From assembly GCA_032249135.1 (NCBI GenBank), contig JAVVGL010000005.1:32001-96000 (forward strand): 64,000 nt of DNA. Direction: 5' to 3'. Below are positions 30,669 to 41,009 of this stretch, in pieces. Position 1 is the stretch's first letter; every line of letters starts with the position of its first letter. The stretch is from Candidatus Calescibacterium sp. Lineage in GTDB: Bacteria; Calescibacteriota; Calescibacteriia; Calescibacteriales; Calescibacteriaceae. The notes under the pieces were generated by a model. That model did no database searches, was not told the origin of the DNA, and saw nothing but the letters and a program-made list of their open reading frames with translations. The position numbers were made by a program, and so were the translations under genes.

Positions 30669-31878
30669 TTATCTACCAAAAATTTGGCTAAACCACATCC
30701 TTTCAAAAGCAACTTTTAAACCTCTGAACGCTCTCATACCTCCAAGCATCCAGCAATCGGGATAAGGTGCCGTACCATCTATGACCTTTGAAAAATCACA
30801 AAATACTCCGGCTCCCATGTATCCCACATCCATAACGCATATTCCTGTTCTGTTGTACATGATCCCCATAGATGTTCCTTTTATTTCGTCTATTATCTGT
30901 GAAGCTACATAATCTGCTTGGAAGTGAGCAAAAACTCCTGCCATACCTATTCCAAGACTTCTTGAAATTATATCACCTATGCCGAAAATGTTTTTGTATT
31001 CCGGGTGTCTGAGCAATTTCTTATCAACTAACATATATCCATCTGCGTTATCGTTTCTGAGTTTGCTGTTTTTGAATACAGGATCTGCTGGTTCATGAGG
31101 AGGAATTATGATTGCAAGATCGTATTCAATTTCTCTACCATCTTTTGCTTGTATTTTCCCATCTTTTATTTTTTCAGTTGAAAACCCACCTTCAAATTTC
31201 ACATTAAATTGATTGAGAAACATCTTGAAGGCATTTACCATAAATGGTCCAAAAGGTTGCATAGGCTCACTCCACGGATGTATTACTGTTATTTCTGTCT
31301 TTTCGGAGAAGCCTCTTTGTTCTGAAATATATCTTATCATAAATGCAAGTTCAAAAGGAGCTGGAGAGCATCTGTACACAGGTTCCGCCGGACCAACAAC
31401 TACTTTCCCTCCTCTGAAATTGCTGAGTGCTTCGCGTAGTTTTAGAGCATCTTTCATTTCCCATGCGTGGAATGTTTTCTCTATCACCGGTATTTTTTCT
31501 GGTTTTAGAACCGTTCCTAATGATACTACAAGGTAATCGTATTCAAGTTCTTGCCCATCAAATAAAACTTTGTTTTTCTCCGGAATTATTTCTTTTACTT
31601 CGGAATTGATTACATTTATGCCTTTTTCTTTTAGTTTTGATAGAGGTCTTGAAACATCATTAGGTTCCCTTGTCCCTACGGCAACTCATAAGTAAGATGG
31701 ACGAAATTCGTGAAGAAGATTTTTATCAATAAGATATACTTCTAATTTTTGATTTTTTATTTCTTCTTTTAGAATTTTATTTTTGATTTTTTATTTCTTC
31801 TTTTAGAATTTTAGAAAGTCTTGAAGCTACTACTACTCCACCTATGCCACCTCCTAATATTACTACTTTTTTCCCCAT
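30669..31878 (-). pseudogene. Sulfide:quinone oxidoreductase-like FAD oxidoreductase, disrupted
   Basis: SD plus MGKKVVILGGGIGG start at 31878; 34-bp tandem duplication causing frameshift/stop; TGA at 31686-31688 in SYL*VAVG; downstream YRCSPAPFE, NIFGIGD and CVMDVG motifs. Confidence 0.85.
31745..31812. repeat. Perfect 34-bp tandem duplication inside the SQR-like pseudogene
   Basis: ATTTTTGATTTTTTATTTCTTCTTTTAGAATTTT twice (31745-31778, 31779-31812). Confidence 0.92.
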
Positions 31879-31994
31879 TTTTTTCACCTCCAATAAAAAT
31901 ATTAGCCATTATACGGGTTAGTACATTTATTTCTTGTTTTTTTGAGTGAAGATTTAGATGTGGAGTTTGGATGGTTTTTTATTTTTTTTATTTT

Positions 31995-34007
31995 TTACTT
32001 TGATATTTGATCTGCTACAAGTTGTGAGACATCTTTTACTTTTACTTTTTCTTCTAAACCTTTGTATTTTGTTGCATCGTCTAACATTATCATGCAGTAC
32101 GGACAAGCCGTTGCTATTAAATTTGCGGAAATCTCTTCAAACTCTTCAAAGCGTGTATAGTTTATTCTTTTCCCTCTTTCTTCTTCGTACCACATTTTTC
32201 CACCCCCTGCTCCACAGCACATTCCTCTTTCTCTATGTCTCAAAACCTCTTTGATCTCACCATCAAATGTAGATTTAAGAATAAATCTTGGCTCATCGTA
32301 TATTGAATTATATCTTCCAAGATAGCAAGAGTCATGGTATGCTGCTGTACCATCTCTCATTTTCTCAACTTTTATCTTACCTGTTTCAATAAGTTCTTTT
32401 ATGAACACCGTGTGATGTATAACTTCAAAGTCTCCACCATATTGTTTATAGTCATTTTTCAAGGTATGATAGCAGTGAGGACAGTGAGTTAGAATTTTCT
32501 TTACTCCCATATCTTTGAGTATGGCGATATTTTCTTGTGCTATCATGGCAAATAAACCTTCTTCTCCGAGCCTTCTTGCAGGGTCTCCTGTGCATTTTTC
32601 TGCTGATCCAAGAACAGGAATATCTAACCCAGCTACTTCAAGAATTTTTTTCATTGCTTTTGTGATTTTCTGTCCAAGTGGATCAAAGTATCCAGCACAT
32701 CCTACCCAGTAAATAAAATCTGCTTTTTCTCCGGGAGAAAGAATTCTCAAACCTATACTTTTTGCAAATTCATTTCTGTTTTCTGCGGGAAGCCCCCAAG
32801 GATTTCCTTGGTTCATAACTTTTTGAAGAGTTTTCCCTGCTGTTGAAGGCATTTTCTGGTCAAAAACAAGATATCTTCTCATATCCATTATGAATCTTGG
32901 GTGTTCTATCCCAACTGGACATATCTCCTCGCAAGCTGCACAGGTTGTACAATCCCATATTTCATCTTCCGTTATTTTTTTGCCGTCAACAAGTGGTTCT
33001 CTTTCTTGAATGCCTTTTATCGCTTTTGGTCCATCTTCTTTCAGTCTATCTTTTAGTTTGTGAACAAGATGCATAGGTGAGAGAGGTTTTTGTGTAATTG
33101 AGGCTGGGCACAAATCGGAGCATCTTCCGCATTCTGTACATGATATGAAATCAAAAAGTTGTTTCCATGTAAAATCTTCTATTTTTCTCACTCCATAGTA
33201 TTCAATCTCTCCCTTTTCAAGTTTTCCTATATCAAGTGGTTCTACATTGCATTTTGTTCCCTCTATCCTCCTGAAAAGTATGTTTGGGATTGATGTTAGT
33301 ATGTGTATGTGTTTTGAGAACGGGAGATAATTTAAAAAGAAAAGTACGGTGAGAGAGTGCACCCATAGAGCGATTTCTCTTATTATGTATATTTGGTTTT
33401 CGGTAAGACCAGAGCCTATCATCATAGCTCCGAAGACTTTTGCAAATGGAGAAAATGTGAAAGGTTCTCCTTCAAGTAAAAGTGCTGCTGCTTTTCCAAC
33501 AAGAGAAGTTGATGCGATGATAAATATGAGAAAGAGAATTATTATTGCGTCAAGTGTGTTTTCAAGTCTTTTTATTCTGAGAACAAATCTTTGAACAATA
33601 GACCATCCTATTGCCACAAGCACCAAAAATTGGATTATATCTTCTGCAAGTAAAAATGCAGGTCTGAAAGTTGTATTGATTATAGGAAGCCTAAAATGTG
33701 GAATCACGAGCTCTATCCATCCTTCAAGAGTTTCAAGTGAGATTATCATAAATCCCCAGAAGAAGAAGAAATGTTTTATTCCAGATGTAAGGTATCTTAA
33801 AGGCTGATACTGGGCGAATGCGTCTTTTATTACTGTGAAAATTCTTTTTGGCATATTGTCCCATCTTCTTTCATATCTTCCAACTAATACATATCTTAAA
33901 AGTTTTCCGAAGTTGAAAAAGAATATTCCCCAAGCTAATGCAAAAATTATAAGAAACGCTACCGGTCTTATGACCTCATATCTTAAAAGGTTTGATGGCT
34001 CAAGCAT
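31995..34007 (-). CDS. Membrane Fe-S oxidoreductase (FadF/HdrED-like; TM region + 2x[4Fe-4S] + CCG domains)
   Basis: CTECGRCSDLCP, CTTCAACEEICP, CTGDPARRLG, CPHC, YHDSCYLGR, CCGAGGG, ACPYC; SD AAGGAGGTG before ATG 34007. Confidence 0.88.
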   Translation of the reverse strand: MLEPSNLLRYEVIRPVAFLIIFALAWGIFFFNFGKLLRYVLVGRYERRWDNMPKRIFTVIKDAFAQYQPLRYLTSGIKHFFFFWGFMIISLETLEGWIELVIPHFRLPIINTTFRPAFLLAEDIIQFLVLVAIGWSIVQRFVLRIKRLENTLDAIIILFLIFIIASTSLVGKAAALLLEGEPFTFSPFAKVFGAMMIGSGLTENQIYIIREIALWVHSLTVLFFLNYLPFSKHIHILTSIPNILFRRIEGTKCNVEPLDIGKLEKGEIEYYGVRKIEDFTWKQLFDFISCTECGRCSDLCPASITQKPLSPMHLVHKLKDRLKEDGPKAIKGIQEREPLVDGKKITEDEIWDCTTCAACEEICPVGIEHPRFIMDMRRYLVFDQKMPSTAGKTLQKVMNQGNPWGLPAENRNEFAKSIGLRILSPGEKADFIYWVGCAGYFDPLGQKITKAMKKILEVAGLDIPVLGSAEKCTGDPARRLGEEGLFAMIAQENIAILKDMGVKKILTHCPHCYHTLKNDYKQYGGDFEVIHHTVFIKELIETGKIKVEKMRDGTAAYHDSCYLGRYNSIYDEPRFILKSTFDGEIKEVLRHRERGMCCGAGGGKMWYEEERGKRINYTRFEEFEEISANLIATACPYCMIMLDDATKYKGLEEKVKVKDVSQLVADQISK

Positions 34008-34146
34008 GAATTTCACCTCCTTCTTTATTCAGATAATTCAGACAATTGTAGGTTTGTGTATTATCATTTTCTTGTTTTCTGAATTTTTATTTTTTATTTT
34101 TAGCAAAATTTTCTTGGCAATTTTTTCTGTATTGTGAAATTCATTT

Positions 34147-34950
34147 ATGAAAGATTTTTTAAATTTAGGTTTTAAGTTCAGGGAATTTTGCATACATTTT
34201 TTTGTTGAGAAAAAAGTCCGTGGTATAGAAGATCTGAAAGAATTTTTTCAGTTTTTTGATCGCTGTTACCAAAATCACAAACTTTGGGATGAAAAAAAAT
34301 TAAAAATTAGTTTTAGTGAAATTGTAAAAGATGGAGAGATAAGTATTTTTGATGTCCTTCGGGTTTTCTCATATTTTTCGCAGAAAGTAGCTGATTTTAT
34401 GTGCAGTGAATTTGCTATTTTTCACGCAGGAGCAGTTTCAGATAAGAAATATACTATAATCTTTGTGGGAGAGAATAAAACAGGAAAATCTACTTTGGTG
34501 AAAATCATGTGCGAGGCTGGTTTTGATTTTATAACAGAAGATACATTGTTTTTGGGACGAAAAAAAATAATCCCATTTCCAAAACCTATAAGTATGAGGA
34601 ATGAGGATGGTGTTATATCAGAAATTATTCTACCTCAAAAGATTTCTCATAATCCTCCTCGTAATCTCATTTTTTTCTTTCTCAAATCAAAAATTTCAAG
34701 TCATGAAAAATATAAAAACTTGCTGGATTTTGCTGATTTGATAATTAGATTGAGCCAAAATAAAGATTTTCCTTTCAATCTTCATCAAAATTTTTCTGAT
34801 AAATCCAATAAAATAAAGATAGAAAATTTGGGAAAAGGGGAGGGAATTATTTCAGCTGTTAGTATGATCTATAACTTTGCAAATATGAGGAACAAAGTAT
34901 GGGTCTTGAATAAACTTTCCCGTAGCATATTTTTTTCAGTTCAGATTTAA
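34147..34950 (+). CDS. HPr-kinase-related P-loop kinase
   Basis: FHAGAV..IIFVGENKTGKSTL..GFDFITED, followed by PFPKPI. Confidence 0.6.
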   Translation: MKDFLNLGFKFREFCIHFFVEKKVRGIEDLKEFFQFFDRCYQNHKLWDEKKLKISFSEIVKDGEISIFDVLRVFSYFSQKVADFMCSEFAIFHAGAVSDKKYTIIFVGENKTGKSTLVKIMCEAGFDFITEDTLFLGRKKIIPFPKPISMRNEDGVISEIILPQKISHNPPRNLIFFFLKSKISSHEKYKNLLDFADLIIRLSQNKDFPFNLHQNFSDKSNKIKIENLGKGEGIISAVSMIYNFANMRNKVWVLNKLSRSIFFSVQI

Positions 34951-35016
34951 ATTTATCTCATTACTTATTTTTTTATTTTTTATTTAGTTTATTGTCTGGT
35001 TTGTCTATTTATTTTT

Positions 35017-36087
35017 ATGAGTGATACGAGAATAAGTTTTAGAGATTTTGTAAAATTGTGGATTGAAGAATTTTACAGGAATCAAAATCCAGATGAGCAT
35101 TTTCTCACTTTACCAAAGATTTCTGATGTTATGGCGGTTTCAATTCTTTCGTTTATCAGATCAAAAAATTTTTCTACTTTTAAATTTGTTGAGCTTGGAG
35201 CTGGTGATGGAGAGCTCGCGGAAGATATCATAAAATACTCCCATAAATTTGACATTAAGATCTTGGAAGTAAATCTTGTTGAAGCAAGTTCGTCAAGAGT
35301 ATCTAAATTAAAAGAAAAATTTCAGTCTTATGATTTGAAAATCAACATATTTGATGAAATCCCGCTTTTAAGTAAAAACTCTCCAATCGTAGTGATTGCA
35401 AATGAGTTTTTTGATTCTTTGCCTTTCTCAGTTGTTTTGTATTCAGGTAGAGAAAAAGTTTTCAAAGAGCTATTTATATCGTGCAATTCGGATGGGGAAT
35501 TTTTTCTTTCATTTGATAATCTTTTACCTGAAACTAAAAATTTCGTAGAAAAATATTATAGTGAGGAAATGAAATTGATTGAAAACACAGTTTATTATAG
35601 TGATGATTTTTTCTTTTTTGAAGTTTCACCACATTTTGAGTATGTAATGAATAATGTAAAAGATTTAGACCTTATCATAATATGCGATTACGGATATAGG
35701 TTTTTTGAAGAAAGAACCCCACAAGGTTCAACAAATCTTCACTGGAAATTTTCTGTTGAAAAGCTTGATTTTTTTGATCTCAGAAAATTAGCTGAAATTA
35801 TAAAATCTTCCTTTGGGAAGAAAGATATTTCTTTTTTCGTTGATTTTTTTGTTTTAGAGAGAATTGCTCAGAAACTTGGATTTGAAACACATATCTTACC
35901 TCTTTCTTCTTTTATTTTTTCCAGTTTATATGAAAGTAAAGACAAAGTTGAAAACTTACTTTTTTCCGATAAATTACCAGAAAATGAAAGGCTGAAAAAC
36001 ATTTTATCTTTTTCAGATATAATGAAAGGATGGGGAAATTTTTTTGTTCTTGTGATGGAAAAGAAGATTGGTGGAAAAATAGTTTAA
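35017..36087 (+). CDS. SAM-dependent methyltransferase, MidA/NDUFAF7 family
   Basis: FLTLPKIS, VELGAGDGELA, IANEFFDSLP, CDYG, DISFFVDF. Confidence 0.8.
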   Translation: MSDTRISFRDFVKLWIEEFYRNQNPDEHFLTLPKISDVMAVSILSFIRSKNFSTFKFVELGAGDGELAEDIIKYSHKFDIKILEVNLVEASSSRVSKLKEKFQSYDLKINIFDEIPLLSKNSPIVVIANEFFDSLPFSVVLYSGREKVFKELFISCNSDGEFFLSFDNLLPETKNFVEKYYSEEMKLIENTVYYSDDFFFFEVSPHFEYVMNNVKDLDLIIICDYGYRFFEERTPQGSTNLHWKFSVEKLDFFDLRKLAEIIKSSFGKKDISFFVDFFVLERIAQKLGFETHILPLSSFIFSSLYESKDKVENLLFSDKLPENERLKNILSFSDIMKGWGNFFVLVMEKKIGGKIV

Positions 36088-36127
36088 ATATTTGAATTTA
36101 TCTGAAAAATTTGGCTAATTTAGAGAA

Positions 36128-36820
36128 ATGGAAAAACAAACAAAAAAAATTGATTTTTCAAAGGGACTTATTCCTACTGTTGTGGTAGATAGAGCAACTG
36201 GAAAAATTCTTATGCTTGCTTTCTCATCTCCTGAATCTTTGAAGCTAACTTTTGAGAAAAAACTTGCTCATTTTTTTTCCAGAGAAAGAAATAAAATATG
36301 GCTCAAAGGTGAAGAGAGTGGGAATACTATGAGAGTATCGCGAGTTTTTTCGGATTGCGACTCAGACTCACTTATATTTTTAGTTGAACCATCTGGACCT
36401 GCATGTCACACAGGAGAGAAATCTTGCTTTTTTGATGAGGTTGAAAGTTTTGACGGTCAAAACATATATGTTTTTTGGAAAAAAGAAAATCCATCTTATG
36501 GAATACTTTCTGAGTTAGAGGAAATATTGAAGGAAAGAAAGAAAATGGTATCAGATGGTTCAAAATTAGAAGAGAGCTATTCTGCTCAACTATTTATCAA
36601 AGGTATTCCAAAAATTACTGAAAAAATAAAAGAAGAAGTTGAAGAATTGATAAAAGCTTCTTTGGATGGGAAAAAAGGTGAGGTAGGGGAGAAAAATTCT
36701 GTCATCTGGGAATGTGCTGATGTTGTTTTTCATATTTTAGTTTTACTCGTTGAACTTGGAATATCTTTTGACGATGTTTTGCAAGAGCTCCTTAGGCGAA
36801 GAAAGGAAAGGGAGAAATAA
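36128..36820 (+). CDS. hisIE: Bifunctional phosphoribosyl-AMP cyclohydrolase/phosphoribosyl-ATP diphosphatase
   Basis: FSRERNKIWLKGEESGN, DCDSD, ACHTGEKSCF, KIKEEVEE, WECADVVFH. Confidence 0.94.
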   Translation: MEKQTKKIDFSKGLIPTVVVDRATGKILMLAFSSPESLKLTFEKKLAHFFSRERNKIWLKGEESGNTMRVSRVFSDCDSDSLIFLVEPSGPACHTGEKSCFFDEVESFDGQNIYVFWKKENPSYGILSELEEILKERKKMVSDGSKLEESYSAQLFIKGIPKITEKIKEEVEELIKASLDGKKGEVGEKNSVIWECADVVFHILVLLVELGISFDDVLQELLRRRKEREK

Positions 36821-36838
36821 AGAAAGAAATAAAAGAAT

Positions 36839-37213
36839 TTACTGATACATTGTTTGTTCGTAAGGAGAGCCTGCTATTTTTTCAAAAATATCTTTATATA
36901 TTTTATCATTTGCTTTTTCCACTTGTTTCCACAAGGTGATCACATCCAAAATCAGAAAAATTCCAAGGAGTGCTCCAAAAGATATACCGGTGAAAAAAGT
37001 TGTGTTGTCAAGATTGAAAAAACCGTGTATTGAGAAAATCAGGCACAAAGGCAAAAGCATAATATATATTATTCCTTCTATTGTTCTCCCAAGATAGAAT
37101 TTGTGCAACCCTACAAACCAAAAGAAAACTAAAAAAATGTAAGCCGTCAGAGTATCTTTCTTTTTTCTCTTGAATTCTATATCTATCAATTGTAATTTCT
37201 CACGACTTATCAT
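36839..37213 (-). CDS. TM2 domain membrane protein
   Basis: KKKDTLTAYIFLVFFWFVGLHKFYLGR. Confidence 0.85.
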   Translation of the reverse strand: MISREKLQLIDIEFKRKKKDTLTAYIFLVFFWFVGLHKFYLGRTIEGIIYIMLLPLCLIFSIHGFFNLDNTTFFTGISFGALLGIFLILDVITLWKQVEKANDKIYKDIFEKIAGSPYEQTMYQ

Positions 37214-37287
37214 AAAAGTATAATTTTTGTAATCTGTCTTGAAAAAGTTTTTTTGATAAAATTTTCAAAATAAAATTTATTAATATT

Positions 37288-37761
37288 ATGAGCGCTTTTG
37301 ATAAAGCGCTAAAATCAGAAAATTTCAAAAAGGTAAGACATCCAGACGGTGGATGTATTTTCTGTTCAAAAGGATTCTATGGCTTTTTTGATGAAAAAAA
37401 TAATAAATCTTACTTTTATTTTACTTTCTCGCAAGAAGAACATCAAGGACCACCGGGTCATGTGCATGGTGGAGTAATAGCTGTTTTTATAGATGAAGTT
37501 ATGAGCTTTGCCACCGGTAATTTTTTCCCTTGTTTTCTTGGAAAGATTGAAATACTTTATAAAAAACCTGTCCCTCTCGGAGTCTCTTTGAAGCTTGAAG
37601 GTGAAGTCGTAAAGGTTGAGGGAAGAAAAATTTTCACGAAGGGGGGCATAATTTACGAGAAGGAAAATGGAGAAAAAGATATACTTGTTGAAGCATCTGG
37701 AATATACATTCGTCCGAAAGGATCAGATGGGACGGTATCGCTTTTTGTTGTAGAAGACTGA
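37288..37761 (+). CDS. PaaI family hotdog thioesterase
   Basis: HQGPPGHVHGGVIAVFIDE, YKKPVPL, EGRKI. Confidence 0.88.
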   Translation: MSAFDKALKSENFKKVRHPDGGCIFCSKGFYGFFDEKNNKSYFYFTFSQEEHQGPPGHVHGGVIAVFIDEVMSFATGNFFPCFLGKIEILYKKPVPLGVSLKLEGEVVKVEGRKIFTKGGIIYEKENGEKDILVEASGIYIRPKGSDGTVSLFVVED

Positions 37762-37848
37762 ATTTTTTGATGTTTTTGAATTCTGAAAAAGTGGCAAATT
37801 TTTTGGATTTTGTAAGCTTTAATTTTATTTTCATAAATTTGGGTATAT

Positions 37849-38121
37849 ATGGTTAGGATAAGGTTACAAAGGTTTGGAAAGAAGAAAAATCCATTTTATA
37901 GGATTGTGGTTGCGGATGCGCGCTCACCACGAGATGGAAAGTTTATAGAAGTAATTGGACACTGGGACCCAAAAAGAAAAATTTTTGACCTTAATAAAGA
38001 AAAATATTTGGATTGGCTAAAAAAAGGAGCTCAACCTACAGATATAGTCTTATCTCTCGTCAAAAACTTCAAGGAGCTTGAAGGAACTTCTGAGAAACAA
38101 GGAGAACAGTTGAACAGATAA
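37849..38121 (+). CDS. rpsP: 30S ribosomal protein S16
   Basis: [43 protein letters not shown]. Confidence 0.97.
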   Translation: MVRIRLQRFGKKKNPFYRIVVADARSPRDGKFIEVIGHWDPKRKIFDLNKEKYLDWLKKGAQPTDIVLSLVKNFKELEGTSEKQGEQLNR

Positions 38122-38184
38122 ATAACAATTAACAAATAAAATGATAAATAAAATGAATTTTGCCCTATCTTTGCATCAACATCT

Positions 38185-39024
38185 TTACACCAGAAAATAT
38201 TTTAATTTATTTAGTAGTTCCCGTGAAAGTTTGTGAGATTGGTTTAGAATGAAAAATTTCCCGAAAAATCTTATTCCAGAGCAATAAAGGTCCCCGAGAA
38301 AATCTAAAATTTTGTGTCTAACTCTTTCGTTTTCAAATCTTAAATCTGTGTTTATTGGATTATCTTCATCTGAAAATATTATTGCCGAATCCATATCTCC
38401 TCCTTTGAATAATCCCATCTCTAATGCTTTTTTTAAATCTTTCTCGTAAATAAAAGTTCTTGCCGGTGCTATCTCATCCGGATAAATTTCAATATTATCT
38501 TCAATAATAAATTCTTCCTTTTTCCCATTTGGCGACTGATAAACGGCGTGAATTATGAACTTATCTGATGGCTCAGCTATTATTATTCCATTTTCATCTC
38601 TCACTTCTATTCTTTCTGTTATGACAAAATATCTTCTTATTGAGTTCTGTTCTTTTAAACCTACCTGCAACATCCTTTCTGAAAATATCAGAGCCGACCC
38701 ATCAAAAAACGGAACTTCTTTTCCTTCAACTTCTACTATTGCATTATCTACTCCAAAAGAAAAAAACACAGATAATATATGTTCAATATAAAGAATATCT
38801 CCTGATGAAGTTTTCAGTGTTAGGTTGTGAAACCCAGGGTAAGTTATATTTTGTGAAAGTTTTATTTCTTCTCCATTTGCAACGAACACTATCCCTGTAT
38901 CTTCCGGGGCAGGTTTTACCCTTATTGAACAAGTTTCACCTGTCATAATTCCTGTGCCAAAAAGTTCAAATTCCTGAGCAACTGTATGTTGATTGCCAAA
39001 AAATAGTTCCTCGGTCTTCGTCAT
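38185..39024 (-). CDS. lpxC: UDP-3-O-acyl-GlcNAc deacetylase
   Basis: PAPEDTGIVF, IEHILS, GVDNA, EVPFFDGSA, IAPARTF, RHKILDFLGDL. Confidence 0.92.
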   Translation of the reverse strand: MTKTEELFFGNQHTVAQEFELFGTGIMTGETCSIRVKPAPEDTGIVFVANGEEIKLSQNITYPGFHNLTLKTSSGDILYIEHILSVFFSFGVDNAIVEVEGKEVPFFDGSALIFSERMLQVGLKEQNSIRRYFVITERIEVRDENGIIIAEPSDKFIIHAVYQSPNGKKEEFIIEDNIEIYPDEIAPARTFIYEKDLKKALEMGLFKGGDMDSAIIFSDEDNPINTDLRFENERVRHKILDFLGDLYCSGIRFFGKFFILNQSHKLSRELLNKLKYFLV

Positions 39025-39145
39025 CTTTGTATTTATAAAAGCTTGTTTTGATGAACTTTTCAATTTTAATTTTGGTTTCTTCGTAAAATTGATTTTTCTG
39101 GAAATCTTTTATTTGAGGTTTGAGGTTCATAAAATAAAGTAGAGT

Positions 39146-39233
39146 GCCGAGGTGGCGGAATTGGAAGACGCGCAGGACTCAGGATCCTGTGGGGTTCACC
39201 CCCGTGCGGGTTCAAGTCCCGCCCTCGGCACCA
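39146..39233 (+). tRNA. tRNA-Leu (anticodon CAG), long variable arm, encoded CCA
   Basis: Acceptor stem GCCGAGG/CCTCGGC plus ACCA; anticodon arm CAGGA-CTCAGGA-TCCTG; T-loop GGTTCAAGTCC. Confidence 0.97.
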
Positions 39234-39238
39234 AAAAC

Positions 39239-39907
39239 ATGAAAAAAATCTCCTCTCCTCTCTTTCTTCTCTTTTTTGCTGTTGTTTTATATAATTGCTC
39301 CCAAAAAGAGCCACCAAATGATCCCGCATTACTTTATAAACTTGCTATGGAAAAAGCAGAGGGCGGAATTTTCACAGCAGATTATGAGACCGCAGAAAGA
39401 TATTTTCAGAAAATCATAGAGCTCTTTCCAACCTCTCAATATGTTCCCGATGCAAACTTTGGTATAGCCTATGTCAGAATGAAAAGGGGAGATTGTGCAG
39501 AAGCAGCTGTTTTGTTTGAATCTTTCTATCAGAGATATAGCTCGCACAAAAAAGCTCCTGACGCACTATACTATTCCATCTTATGCTATATGAAATTTGT
39601 TGATACACCGGATAGAGATATTGAGTATGCAAAAAAGGTAAGAGAAATTTCTTCTATCTTCATCCAAAGATATCAAGACCATGAAAAATTCAAAGAAGTG
39701 ATGAAAGCAAGAGAAAAAGTTTTGAATCTCATAGCAGAGCATCATCTATCTGTTGCAGAGTTCTACATAAGAAGAAAACTATATGAACCCGCTTTGAGAA
39801 GACTTGAAATTATTCTTGAAAAAGATAAAGATTTATCAAAAACAGCGGTTGCAAAAAAAGCAGAGAAGATTTATGCAGAAGTAAAAAATAAGAAAGGTGA
39901 AAAATGA
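39239..39907 (+). CDS. bamD: Outer membrane protein assembly factor BamD (lipoprotein, TPR)
   Basis: MKK..hydrophobic..LYN-C signal; FPTSQY, PDRD, A.FY.RRK.Y..A..R pattern. The ORF-track start at 39152 lies inside the tRNA. Confidence 0.85.
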   Translation: MKKISSPLFLLFFAVVLYNCSQKEPPNDPALLYKLAMEKAEGGIFTADYETAERYFQKIIELFPTSQYVPDANFGIAYVRMKRGDCAEAAVLFESFYQRYSSHKKAPDALYYSILCYMKFVDTPDRDIEYAKKVREISSIFIQRYQDHEKFKEVMKAREKVLNLIAEHHLSVAEFYIRRKLYEPALRRLEIILEKDKDLSKTAVAKKAEKIYAEVKNKKGEK

Positions 39908-39920
39908 ATTTTTTTCTTTG

Positions 39921-40850
39921 TCAGAAAATTGATTCAACAATTGCGATAGCCGATGCCAATTTCATGTGTGCTTGTGTAAAAATAACATCCTCATACATGC
40001 TAAAAACTTCTTCTGAAATTTCTTTTCCCTTGTGAGCAGGTAGGCAGTGCATAACAATCTTTGCATCAGAAATTTTTGACTTATCAACTCTATAAACTTC
40101 CATCTTTTTCTCTTTTTCCTCAGAATACTCTTGCCCCATAGAAAACCACACATCTGTGTATATTACATCTGCTTTTTGGACTGCTTTTTGAGGGTCGTAC
40201 TCCACTGAATATCCTGAACCGAAATCTGGTTCGTATCCCGGAGGACAGCTGAAAACAAGCTGGAAATTTCCAAGAACTAAAAGAGCTTCTATCCACGACC
40301 TTGCTACATTGTTTTTTGCGTCTCCGAGAAAAACTATTTTTCTTCCCTCATATGTTCCGAGTAAAAATTTTATTGTTGCAAGGTCAGAAATTATCTGAGT
40401 TGGATGACTCAAATCACTTAAAGCATTAATTATTGGTATCTGCGAGTTTTCTGCAAAAATTTCTAATGTTTTATGGCTATTTACTCTGCATATTGCAAAA
40501 TCAACATATCCTTCAACGACTTTTATAAAGTCTCTCAAATCTTCTCCTCTTGATATCTGGGTATCTTGCGGTGATGAATATATAACTTTTCCGCCGAGTT
40601 TATAAATTGCAGTTTCAAACGAAATTCTCGTTCTTGTAGAAGGTTTCTCAAAATATATTAACCCGACTTTATTTTTTAGTTTTTCACTATCTATATTTAG
40701 GTCGTTTTCTCTTTTCCGTGTTTTTTTTGTTCCTTTTTTTGTGTTGCTATATTGAGTTTTGATTGATTTAAATATTTCAACTGCTCTCTCTATTATTTCT
40801 GCAAGTTCTTTTTTTGATAAATCCTCTAATGTAAGTAACCTCTTTATCAT
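39921..40850 (-). CDS. argF: Ornithine carbamoyltransferase
   Basis: FEKPSTRTRISFE, INALSDLSHPTQ, YTDVWFSMGQE, MHCLPAH. Confidence 0.92.
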   Translation of the reverse strand: MIKRLLTLEDLSKKELAEIIERAVEIFKSIKTQYSNTKKGTKKTRKRENDLNIDSEKLKNKVGLIYFEKPSTRTRISFETAIYKLGGKVIYSSPQDTQISRGEDLRDFIKVVEGYVDFAICRVNSHKTLEIFAENSQIPIINALSDLSHPTQIISDLATIKFLLGTYEGRKIVFLGDAKNNVARSWIEALLVLGNFQLVFSCPPGYEPDFGSGYSVEYDPQKAVQKADVIYTDVWFSMGQEYSEEKEKKMEVYRVDKSKISDAKIVMHCLPAHKGKEISEEVFSMYEDVIFTQAHMKLASAIAIVESIF

Positions 40851-41009
40851 ATCAAAAGCATGAAATGAAAAGTAATTAGTGAGCAATTTTCAGAAAATCT
40901 TGCAAAAAAACAAAAAACTTGTAGATAAAATGATTAATAGTAAATTGAGGGTTTACAATTTATCAAGTGGAAGTTGAAACAACAAAAATGAAAAACTTTG
41001 CAATGATGC

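Noticed and set aside
31686..31688. TGA read as Trp or Sec (recoding) in the SQR-like gene
   Set aside because: TGA terminates many intact genes here, and the same gene and its neighbour carry other inactivating lesions.
37792..37807. Sigma-54-like promoter TGGCAAATTTTTTGGA upstream of rpsP
   Set aside because: The -12 element is GG rather than GC, and a ribosomal protein gene is an unlikely target.
39066..39329. ORFs overlapping the tRNA (39066-39329 minus; bamD extension from 39152)
   Set aside because: They translate tRNA sequence; the bamD signal peptide begins at ATG 39239.
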